A stretch of 64,000 nucleotides of DNA from Candidatus Latescibacterota bacterium (GTDB taxonomy: Bacteria > Krumholzibacteriota > Krumholzibacteriia > WVZY01): NCBI GenBank assembly GCA_963791045.1, contig CAWBQK010000011.1:256001-320000 (forward strand), read 5' to 3'. The notes beneath the pieces are model-generated. The model saw only the letters and a list, made by a program, of their open reading frames with translations, was not told where the DNA came from and searched no databases. The position numbers and the translations under genes were made by a program. Positions within the stretch are counted from its first letter, which is position 1, and each line of letters begins with the position of its first letter. Positions 48,886-57,478 of this stretch are shown here, piece by piece.

Positions 48886-50982
48886 CTATTGCGCTGCAAC
48901 GGCTGTCTCGTCCGAGTCCTTCGCTCCGCACAGCGCTTCCAACTCACGGTTGTAACAGTAAATCCCGCAGTTAAGACAGCGTTCCGCCTCGTAGCGGGCG
49001 TCTTTTTCGTCGATTGTCCCCTCGACTTCATGAAACGTTCCCAGACGTTCCTCGAGCGGAATTTCCGGTTCGTGGACACGCGGTTTGGGGGCGACGTCGA
49101 GAATCGATTCGAGCATGCACGCCGAAATCATATCGCGTTGACGGTCACAGATCGGTGGAATCTCGCCCTCCATCATGTAGAAATGAATCGAGCGCGCCAC
49201 ATAACGTCCCGCCGCGATCGCGTCAACCATTAGTGCGGGGCCTGTAAAACAGTCGCCCCCGGTGAAGATATAGGGAATGTCCGTTTGCAGCGTGTCTTCG
49301 CTCGCTTCGATGGTGTTCCACTTTGTGGTTTGAAGGATCGTCGTCTTGTCGTGTTCGACGAAATCAAGGTTGGGGAACTGACCGATGGCTTCGACGATCA
49401 TGTCGCATTCGATGATCTCTTCGGACCCTTCGATGGGAACCGGCCGGCGCCGTCCGCTCGGGTCGGGATCGCCAAGCTCCATTTTTTGCACTTCGAGTCC
49501 CCTGACATGTCCGTCGACGACGATCATTCGTTTTGGCGAGGAGAGGAAATGGAATTTGATTCCTTCCTCCTCTGCCGCGACGATTTCAACCGGGTTTGCC
49601 GGCATCTCGTTTCGCGATCGCCGGTACACCATCGTGACGTCTTTGGCTTCCATCCGCAGCGCGCTCCGCGCGGCGTCGATCGCCGTGTTGCCGCCACCGA
49701 CAACAATGACGCTCTTGCCGACCTCGACGCCCTCGCCGGTGTGGAACCGCCTCAAGAAATCTATCCCGCTGAAGACACCTTTGGACTCGCGTCCTTCGAT
49801 GTTGAGCGCATGATCGTTCCATGCGCCGACGGCAAGGAAGATAGCGTCAAAACCACCGGCGCGGAGAAATTCAATAGTGAAATCCTCACCGAGCGCGACA
49901 CCGGTGGTCGCCTTGATGCCAAGCCCGAGTATCCCATCGATCTCCCAGTCGAGGATTGCCTTTGGCAGGCGATACTCGGGAATCCCGTAGCGAAGCATGC
50001 CGCCGAGCTTTTCCTGTTTTTCGAAGATTTCGACATCGTGTCCGAGCCGCCTGAGATAGTATGCCGCGGAAAGTCCTCCGGGACCGCCGCCGATGACGGC
50101 GACCTTTTTCCCTGTAGAGGCGCCGACGGGAATCGACAGCCTCCCGCCGGAGTTCATTTCCCAGTCGGCGGCGAAGCGTTTGAGATAGTTGATCGCCACG
50201 GGCTCATCGTTCAGTTTGCGTCTGCATTCCAACGCACAGAGTTCGGGACACACCCTTCCCGTGCTCAAGGGCATCGGGTTGCACTCTTTTATTGTCAGAA
50301 GCGCCTGCCCATATTCCCCTTTTTTGATGTGTTGAATATATTTTGGAATGTTGATCTGCGCGGGGCACCTCTGGCGGCACGGCGCGAGACACTCCGTGTA
50401 CTGGTTCCAATGGAGGATTTTCGCTTTTTCGGAAATCAACGTGATGATGCCCTTCGGACATGCGCGCGCGCACTGACCGCATCCCACGCAGCGATTGGGG
50501 TCGAACTTGGGCAGACCGTTTGGCCCCATTGTGATTGCGCCGAATTTGCACGCTTTGACGCATGAGCCCAAACCAATGCAGCCGTGCTCGCACATGATCG
50601 GCCCGTGATAGTAAAGCATCGCCGCGCGGCAGTCGTCGAAGCCCGAGTAATCATATTTGACGGCTGCCCGTTCGCCCCCGCGGCACTCGTGAACCGCCAC
50701 CTGGGGCTCGGTTCCAACCATGCGGATTCCAAGATAATCGGCTATTGCGTTCGCCGTTTCGGTTTGACCGATGACGCATACATTGGCTTCCGCTTCTCCC
50801 TTGACGATCGCTTCCGCGCACGCGCTGCATCCCGCATACCCACATCCCCCACAGTTTGCCCCGGGGAGCAGATCGAGGACGCCTTTGATGCGCGGATCCT
50901 CTTCAACGTAGAAAATAATTCCCGCGATCCCAAGAATGACCGCCGCGAGAAAACCGATTCCAGCTAAAACCAACACTGGCAT
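48886..50982 (-). CDS. rnfB: RnfB fused to a GltD/NfnB-like FAD/NAD(P)H oxidoreductase
   Basis: TM, LPGANCGGCGYAGC, two ferredoxin motifs, then APC...CP, GRVCP..C, IGGGPGG, YGIPEYRLP, GGGNTAID, YRRS and ERCLNCG. Confidence 0.9.
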   Translation of the reverse strand: MPVLVLAGIGFLAAVILGIAGIIFYVEEDPRIKGVLDLLPGANCGGCGYAGCSACAEAIVKGEAEANVCVIGQTETANAIADYLGIRMVGTEPQVAVHECRGGERAAVKYDYSGFDDCRAAMLYYHGPIMCEHGCIGLGSCVKACKFGAITMGPNGLPKFDPNRCVGCGQCARACPKGIITLISEKAKILHWNQYTECLAPCRQRCPAQINIPKYIQHIKKGEYGQALLTIKECNPMPLSTGRVCPELCALECRRKLNDEPVAINYLKRFAADWEMNSGGRLSIPVGASTGKKVAVIGGGPGGLSAAYYLRRLGHDVEIFEKQEKLGGMLRYGIPEYRLPKAILDWEIDGILGLGIKATTGVALGEDFTIEFLRAGGFDAIFLAVGAWNDHALNIEGRESKGVFSGIDFLRRFHTGEGVEVGKSVIVVGGGNTAIDAARSALRMEAKDVTMVYRRSRNEMPANPVEIVAAEEEGIKFHFLSSPKRMIVVDGHVRGLEVQKMELGDPDPSGRRRPVPIEGSEEIIECDMIVEAIGQFPNLDFVEHDKTTILQTTKWNTIEASEDTLQTDIPYIFTGGDCFTGPALMVDAIAAGRYVARSIHFYMMEGEIPPICDRQRDMISACMLESILDVAPKPRVHEPEIPLEERLGTFHEVEGTIDEKDARYEAERCLNCGIYCYNRELEALCGAKDSDETAVAAQ

Positions 50983-51000
50983 GATCGAACTCCACCTTGC

Positions 51001-51576
51001 TTAATTGACCATTCCGGCAAAACCGAGAAAGGCGAGTGACATGATTCCCGCTGTAACCAGGGCGATAGCTGTTCCCTTCATCGCCTCGGGGACGGGAGAA
51101 ACCATTAGTCTTTCGCGCAAACCGGCAAAAAGGATTATAGCCAGGGCAAATCCAGCCGCGCTGGCCATCGAGAATACAACCATATCGATAAATCCGAACT
51201 CGTGCTTGATGTTGAGAAGCGCCACACCCATAACCGCGCAGTTCGTCGTGATGAGCGGAAGATAAATGCCGAGCGAGTTGTACAAGGCGCGACTCTGTTT
51301 TTTGAGGAAGATCTCCACGAACTGGACCAGCGACGCGATTATCAGAATGAAGGTCAGCGTCCGGAGGAATTCCATATCATAGGGCTTGAGAAGGTAGTGA
51401 TACGCAAGCCATGTAAAAATAGACGCCAACGTGGTGACGAATATTACCGCCACGCCCATCCCGATCGACGTTTCGAGCTTTTTCGACACACCGCAGAACG
51501 GACAGTTGCCCAGGTACTGTGCGAGAAGAATATTGTTTACAAAGATGGCGCTTATGGCCAGATACAGGAGATCCAT
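51001..51576 (-). CDS. rnfA: Rnf complex subunit A
   Basis: NNILL..YLG.CPF, LVQFVE, LGIYLPLITTNCAV. Confidence 0.95.
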   Translation of the reverse strand: MDLLYLAISAIFVNNILLAQYLGNCPFCGVSKKLETSIGMGVAVIFVTTLASIFTWLAYHYLLKPYDMEFLRTLTFILIIASLVQFVEIFLKKQSRALYNSLGIYLPLITTNCAVMGVALLNIKHEFGFIDMVVFSMASAAGFALAIILFAGLRERLMVSPVPEAMKGTAIALVTAGIMSLAFLGFAGMVN

Positions 51577-51585
51577 CTACTGCTC

Positions 51586-52200
51586 CTAAGTTTGAACAAA
51601 CGTTTCTCCGCGTTTGCGACTGAATGCGTTCATAAGTCCGAGAATTATTCCCAGACAAAGAAAGGCGCCGGGCGCTTGTACCATGAACTCGAACGGTTCA
51701 TACGAGCTCCCAAACACCGGAATTCCGAAGAAGGTGCCTGCGCCGATAACTTCGCGCAGCGAACCGACAACCGTAAGCGACATTGTAAAACCCGCGCCGA
51801 CACTCAGACCGTCGGCGATCGACAACCCGACACTATTTTTGGAGGCGAAAGCCTCTGCGCGGCCGAGAATGATACAGTTGACGACGATGAGTGGAATGTA
51901 GATTCCGAGCTGTTCGGAGAGCGTAAAGAAAAACGCTTTCATCATGATCTCGACGATTACGACGAGCGTGGCGATGATAACGATAAAACTCGCGATCCGG
52001 ACCTTGTCGGGAATCGCCTTTCTGAGCATCGATATAAACATATTTGAGAACACGAGCACGAATGTAGCTGCTACGCCCATCCCCAGGCCGTTCTCCGCCG
52101 ACGAAGTGACGGCGAGCGCGGGACACAATCCCAGGACGAGACGAAACGGTGGCAGATCGTTCCACAAACCGTGAGTCAGAGCTTTCTTAAACGTCATCAT
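51586..52200 (-). CDS. rnfE: Rnf complex subunit E
   Basis: LGLCPALAV, LGIYIPLIVVNCIILGRAEAFA and PGAF. Confidence 0.95.
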   Translation of the reverse strand: MMTFKKALTHGLWNDLPPFRLVLGLCPALAVTSSAENGLGMGVAATFVLVFSNMFISMLRKAIPDKVRIASFIVIIATLVVIVEIMMKAFFFTLSEQLGIYIPLIVVNCIILGRAEAFASKNSVGLSIADGLSVGAGFTMSLTVVGSLREVIGAGTFFGIPVFGSSYEPFEFMVQAPGAFLCLGIILGLMNAFSRKRGETFVQT

Positions 52201-52221
52201 CAAACCCTTTTTGGTAACGGG

Positions 52222-52298
52222 AAGCGGATAAGCCGTCGATCCCATCCACGTCGTGTCCGATCGGTGATCTCCCGGGTAACAGACGGCTCTATCCGCTT
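52222..52298. other. Long stem-loop in the rnfG-rnfE spacer
   Basis: AAGCGGATA-AGCCGTC (52222-52237) pairs with GACGGCT-c-TATCCGCTT (52282-52298). Confidence 0.65.
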
Positions 52299-52299
52299 A

Positions 52300-52893
52300 T
52301 CAGTCCTTTTTGTCCTCTATCGACGCGATTATCAAATCGCGGTTTTTTGTAAGCAGTTCAACGATCCGGTTGGTGCCGTTGACCATTGCTTTCGACGAAT
52401 AGGTGGCTCCGCTTATCGCGTCAATTCCGCCGCCCATGGTTCTCAAAGCCACCGGCTCGTCCACCGGAATTCTCCGCCACTGATTTCGGAACGATTCTCT
52501 TTCGACTTTTGATCCGACACCGGGCGTTTCGTTGTGTTGAATGATTTCAATTCCGACCATCTCGCTGTTCTGAACGTCGATTCCGATCATGACGGAGATG
52601 TCTCCGCCGTAGCCGCCTTTTCCCGCCGCTTCGAGGGCGAGGAATGTCACTTTGCCGTCTTCCGTCAGATAAAAGACCGGGATCGTCTCGCCTTCGACGT
52701 TCACGCTGACTTTTTGTCCGAGAAGCTCCGAAGCGGGGAGGTCAAAGAGCCGCTCGAGTGCGGGTCCGCGGACGTAAAAGTCATTCTGCCGCTCGATCCT
52801 CGGTCCAAGCGATTGACGAGCAGCCGTGAGCGCGGCGGCGGATATGCCGCAGATCAACGTGAGCACGAGGGCGAGACGACCGATCTCACGCAT
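52300..52893 (-). CDS. rnfG: Rnf complex subunit G
   Basis: TM anchor, GYGG.I, HNETPGVG and FMN site DAISGATYSS. Confidence 0.93.
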   Translation of the reverse strand: MREIGRLALVLTLICGISAAALTAARQSLGPRIERQNDFYVRGPALERLFDLPASELLGQKVSVNVEGETIPVFYLTEDGKVTFLALEAAGKGGYGGDISVMIGIDVQNSEMVGIEIIQHNETPGVGSKVERESFRNQWRRIPVDEPVALRTMGGGIDAISGATYSSKAMVNGTNRIVELLTKNRDLIIASIEDKKD

Positions 52894-53860
52894 TTTCTAC
52901 TCCTTCCAGCCCGCGCACCTTTGGGGTGATACGGTCGAGCAAAGGCGTGCACATATTGACGAGCAGAATCGCAAATACAACTCCGTCGACATGGTTGGAA
53001 AACGCCCGGATGATCATCAGAAGCGCGCCGCCGAGAAATCCATAAATCAACATCGGTATTGGATTCACCGGAGAGGTCGAGTGGTCCGTCGCGAGGAAGA
53101 ACGCCGCGAACACCGTACCGCCCGAAAGCAGGTAGAATGTCGGCGACGCGAACAAGTCGGGGCTCACCGCTCCGATGACTCCGGCCATGAGCAGATTTCC
53201 CGCCAGAAAACCCGCCGGGATCTGCCATGAGATTTCACGCATAATGAGAAGGAACAGCCCGCCAATCAGCAGGAACAAGACGAGTCCGTTGCCAATGCCG
53301 GCCGCTTGTTTGCCAAGAAGAAGGTCCTGCCATGCAAACATTGATTCCGCGCTGCTTCCCATGGACCTGGCTACCCTGAGCGGTTCGATCATCTTGACTC
53401 CCCAGTCGATTGACACTAGGGACGCCGTGTAATCGAGCCGTTGCGGCCAGGACACCTGCAGCATTGCAAAACTTAGCAGTGCGGGATGGACGGGGTATGA
53501 CCCCGTGCCGCCAAAAAGCTTCTTGCCCACGACTATCATCAAGAGACACCCCACCATGATGATCCACCACGGCGTGGTGCATGGCAGGAGCAGCGCGAAG
53601 ATGACCGCGAGCGTTACGCTGCTCCAGTTTGCCGTGAAGTCCTTGGAGGGAATGAGCCTGTTCATAATCGAGTCGAAAGCGGTGGAAAAAACCACCGCAA
53701 GCCCGATGATCCGGATTGTATCCCATCCAAAAAGCCAAACGCTTGCCGCGATTGCCGGCAAAAGCGCGATGAGCCAGCGTTGATGAACGCCGGGCAGGTT
53801 ACTTCCGTCCCTCCAATGGGGACTCGATGCAACATCAAGGTGTCCAAATTCTTCGGGCAT
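52886..53860 (-). CDS. rnfD: Rnf complex subunit D (atypical)
   Basis: SSPH, K.LFGG.G...HPAL and AFFLATD..TSP; no ATPL or GETS motif. Confidence 0.9.
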   Translation of the reverse strand: MPEEFGHLDVASSPHWRDGSNLPGVHQRWLIALLPAIAASVWLFGWDTIRIIGLAVVFSTAFDSIMNRLIPSKDFTANWSSVTLAVIFALLLPCTTPWWIIMVGCLLMIVVGKKLFGGTGSYPVHPALLSFAMLQVSWPQRLDYTASLVSIDWGVKMIEPLRVARSMGSSAESMFAWQDLLLGKQAAGIGNGLVLFLLIGGLFLLIMREISWQIPAGFLAGNLLMAGVIGAVSPDLFASPTFYLLSGGTVFAAFFLATDHSTSPVNPIPMLIYGFLGGALLMIIRAFSNHVDGVVFAILLVNMCTPLLDRITPKVRGLEGVENA

Positions 53861-53864
53861 CCGA

Positions 53865-55149
53865 TTATCCTTCGTACTGATTGCAGAGTTTGATCATTTG
53901 TACCAGGGGCCGGTGCGCCGGACAGACATAGGCGCACAGACCGCATTCGTTGCATGCTTCGGGATGAAACTTTTTGATGTCCAGGAACAAGTTGTGTTCG
54001 ATGTATCGCCCCAGGAGATGCACTTGAATATTCGCCGGACACGCGCGCGTGCAACGGCCGCAGTTGATGCACGGCAAGTTGATGTCCGGCGGCACCTTGT
54101 CTTCCGAAACGAGGTAGACCCCGTGCACCGATTTGGTCAAAGGCGTTTCATCGGTGAACTGCGCATTGCCTTTCATTGGGCCGCCCACGAGAAGTCGTGA
54201 GTAGGGGACGTTGTCCAACCCCAGGTCATGGAGGATCGTCCGGATCGATGTCCCGATGGGGAATCGAGCCACGACGGTTTTGGAGAAGAGAATCCCCGCC
54301 AACCGTCACATACTTCTCCGTGAATGGCCCGATTCCTTCCAGTGCGTCTATCATCGCGAGAAGGTATTCAACAGAAAGGACGGCGACGCCTTTTCGCCGG
54401 TAAGCGATCGTATTCGGAATTGTCTTGTTCGTGATCTTCGGAATGAAAAAACGCTCGATCCGTTCTTTGTATTGATCGGGAAGCGCCACCACCTTCGCCT
54501 TGTCTCCGAACTCATTCGAGGCCCAGGACGAGAGCCGCTTCGGCACGGTGAGAAGGACCTTGGCATTGGGCGCGATGCCGCCCAGAAGATCCATCCCGCG
54601 TTTGATGTCTTCCGGCACTTTTTGTAGAAGGGTTTCAAACGTAAAAACCGAGGGTTCTTCGTTGACACCCTTTATTACGATGGTATCGACTTCGGGAAGC
54701 CCTTCGGGCGATTCCTCGTGATGAAATTTCCCCGGGAGTGTCCACGGACAAACGACTCCGGACACTTTGAGGCGGTCGACCCATGAGGTGATTTCACCCT
54801 GCGAGCCCGACCTCTCAGTTATTTCGTCACCACTCAGCGGTGGTTCGCCGTTCTTTGAGATTACCACCGCCGGCACGTGATAACTCCGCGCGGTCCAGAT
54901 CGTTTTTATCTCTTTGACAACCCCGCTAATTGAAGCGTGGACGCAGTTGCCGAGTTTGGAGCGACCGATGATCTGGTTCTTGCGGACGCTGTCTCCTTCG
55001 CGGACTTCCGGCATGTACAGGATCTGTCCGGGATACTCGAGCGGAATTACAACCGAGTCAGGGTCGGAGATCTTGTGTATTTCGCCGTCGCACGAGTTGC
55101 CGTTCGGCACGTACGTCAATGGTTTAAAAAATGTTCGGAGTGAGATCAT
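53865..55149 (-). CDS. rnfC: Rnf complex subunit C (atypical), +1 frameshift near 54290
   Basis: V..GD.V...Q.I, VHASISG.V, GGPMKG, CINCGRC..ACP and CNECGLCAYVCP; split over ORFs 54226..55200 and 53865..54302. Confidence 0.85.
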
Positions 55150-55221
55150 GGTTGTTTGATTCTCATGTTGTTGGTTGCTCGTTGTTCCCGGAGCGCGCAT
55201 GCCTGCGCCCCGGCGGGTTTG

Positions 55222-55848
55222 TTACTCGAGATGGCATGACTGACAGCGAGCGCCGCCATTCTGGTCGGCAAAAATACCGGGACGTACGGTCAAGTGACAG
55301 TGACTGCAGTGTCCATGAAAAACCGCGCCGATGGCCCGGGGATGATGACATCCCTCACAACCATGCCCCTCCACACCCAACATCTCATCGTGTGTCATCA
55401 GATCCGGTGTGTAGTCGTCGTCGTGGCATTCCACGCACCCGACGGCCGCGAGATCGACCGGCTCGTCCGTCGGATGACAACCGCGGCAGGAGTTTGCCCG
55501 GGCGTTTTTGTCCACCTGGTGGCAGCGCTCGCACGCATGGCCTTCTATGGTTTTCAATTCCTCGTGATCAAAATCTTCGTGTGTCATGCCCTCATCATGA
55601 CAGTCACTGCACGGAACTCGTGAATCGGCCAGGAGGAGTTCGTGGTGACAACTTTCGCAACCTTCGGCATAACCGGCGTGGGCCTTGTGATCAAAGACCA
55701 CGGCTCCGGCGCTGCTGCGGATGTAGTACCTCTTGGACTCGTCGGGGCCGTTGTCCACCACGTACGCTACGCACGCCGCCAGGGCTGCGATTGCGGTCAG
55801 GATCAAAAGAGTCCGTGTGCCTGGAAGGCCGTGGAATCTACCATTCAT
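55222..55848 (-). CDS. Membrane-anchored octaheme cytochrome c (class III/c3-like)
   Basis: N-terminal hydrophobic helix, GAVVFDHKAH and eight CxxCH motifs. Confidence 0.9.
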   Translation of the reverse strand: MNGRFHGLPGTRTLLILTAIAALAACVAYVVDNGPDESKRYYIRSSAGAVVFDHKAHAGYAEGCESCHHELLLADSRVPCSDCHDEGMTHEDFDHEELKTIEGHACERCHQVDKNARANSCRGCHPTDEPVDLAAVGCVECHDDDYTPDLMTHDEMLGVEGHGCEGCHHPRAIGAVFHGHCSHCHLTVRPGIFADQNGGARCQSCHLE

Positions 55849-56311
55849 GACTGTCCTCAAGCATTATTTGTTGTTCATCGTCCGGATCTATCTCGTGCCA
55901 TGGACAACCGGCCCTGAGGCAAATGAGAAACGGCACTTTCGCTTCGGATACCGTCACCAGAAAGCTCGCCACCTGCGAATCGCCGATGCCGCAGTGCTTT
56001 CCGGGGACGACGAGCGATTTGTGGCAGTGGGGGCATCGAAGATCTTTGAGCTCCTCGCCTTCGGGGACGACCATTGCTGTTTTCCGCTCGTAAACATTGA
56101 GGTAGGCGCTCAGTTCGACAGTGCCGGTTTCTCCGGACTGGTTGATCGCCTCGAACAAAATCACGTTGTTCTGTGACAACTTTTCGTCGCAGTGCGGGCA
56201 AAACGAACGGAGATACGTTCCGGATTTGACTTTGATCCGTTCGTTATATTTGTGGGCTTTCCAAGCCAGATTTTCCCAGCTCTTTCCCCGTTCAGGCTTT
56301 TTCTCCGTCAT
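55838..56311 (-). CDS. Cys-rich putative metal-binding protein
   Basis: CPHC twice, an extra Cys and C-x4-C-x2-H; overlaps the cytochrome gene start. Confidence 0.75.
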   Translation of the reverse strand: MTEKKPERGKSWENLAWKAHKYNERIKVKSGTYLRSFCPHCDEKLSQNNVILFEAINQSGETGTVELSAYLNVYERKTAMVVPEGEELKDLRCPHCHKSLVVPGKHCGIGDSQVASFLVTVSEAKVPFLICLRAGCPWHEIDPDDEQQIMLEDSHEW

Positions 56312-56374
56312 TGTTTCCTCGTCTCCGCGCCCGTGCGTTTGTATAGGATTCGTGACATTTGTGGCGGATTCGTT

Positions 56375-57475
56375 CTATATCTGCCCGGCATCTGCTGCGC
56401 TCTGATAGAGGGCCGTGGTTGCCGGTGCCTCTCGTATTGGATAAAGCCGGTCAAATTCCGGCGTTGAGATTTCTTTGAAACCTTCATCCGTATTGACTAT
56501 CAAGTGGGCGGCGAGCGAAAGCTCCACCGCCAGTTCGTATCCGTCTTCGGGTCCGAGAACGCTTATCGCTGTCGCCATGGCATCCGCGTAGGCGCACTGT
56601 TGGTGGACGACGGCAGCGGATACTAGTCTGTGTGTTATGGGGTATCCGGTCCTTGGGTCGATCAAGTGCGAGTACTTCTTCCCGCCGCTCTCGAAATAGT
56701 TGAGATAGTTGCCTGACGTTGCCATAGAAGCGTTCTTGAGCGAAATGACTCGTGTCACGCCTACGGTTTCTTCGGGCTTCGCGATTCCGATTTGCCAGCA
56801 TGTGTTTTTGTCGTTTCGCCCTTGTGTTCTGATTTCTCCCCCAATTTCGACCACATAGTCCGAATGTCCGCTGATGTCGAGATAACCTGAGATTCTATCG
56901 ACGGCGTATCCCTTCGCGATTCCCGAGAGATCGCAGTAAATATCACCCTGGGATTTTCTGAGCGACGCGGGAGAGAGTCGTACCTCCACCTTTTGATAAC
57001 CGGTTCGTGAAAGGGCTCTGCCGATTTGAATGTCCGATGGCACGCTCGGTTTTCTCGCGACCGGGCCGAACCCCCACAAGTTTACAACCGAGCCGATTGT
57101 CATGTCATACGCGCCCCCCGTTGCCTCGCTGACTTCGATCGCCTGTTTGACTACCGCGGCGGTGTTGACCGATACGGGGAACCAGTCCGAGCCTTTGAAT
57201 TTGTTGAACCGCGAGATTTCCGAACCGGGAAGATACGTGGACATCTGTGCGTTGATTTCCACAAGTATCGCGTCGATGTCTTTCTCGGTTTTCTTGATTC
57301 GCTGTTCCGGATATCTGGGATCAACGCAGATCTTGACCATGTAAGCCGTCCCCATCGTTTCACCTCTGATTGCGACGATTCTGCTCGATCCTGGGTTCGA
57401 GCAACTCGGAATCACAAGGGGAACGAGCACGAACAAACAGAAGAGCGATTTTATATGCTGTGCAAGAAAGGTCAT
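56375..57475 (-). CDS. apbE: FAD:protein FMN transferase
   Basis: Lipoprotein leader; TMGT, SEISRFN, DLSGIAKGY, EIGGE, ATSG.Y, HLIDPRTG and ADAMATA. Confidence 0.95.
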   Translation of the reverse strand: MTFLAQHIKSLFCLFVLVPLVIPSCSNPGSSRIVAIRGETMGTAYMVKICVDPRYPEQRIKKTEKDIDAILVEINAQMSTYLPGSEISRFNKFKGSDWFPVSVNTAAVVKQAIEVSEATGGAYDMTIGSVVNLWGFGPVARKPSVPSDIQIGRALSRTGYQKVEVRLSPASLRKSQGDIYCDLSGIAKGYAVDRISGYLDISGHSDYVVEIGGEIRTQGRNDKNTCWQIGIAKPEETVGVTRVISLKNASMATSGNYLNYFESGGKKYSHLIDPRTGYPITHRLVSAAVVHQQCAYADAMATAISVLGPEDGYELAVELSLAAHLIVNTDEGFKEISTPEFDRLYPIREAPATTALYQSAADAGQI

Positions 57476-57478
57476 GTG

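Noticed and set aside
54270-54305. Programmed ribosomal frameshift in rnfC
   Set aside because: No slippery heptamer or evident stimulatory structure, and similar +1 insertions occur in unrelated genes.
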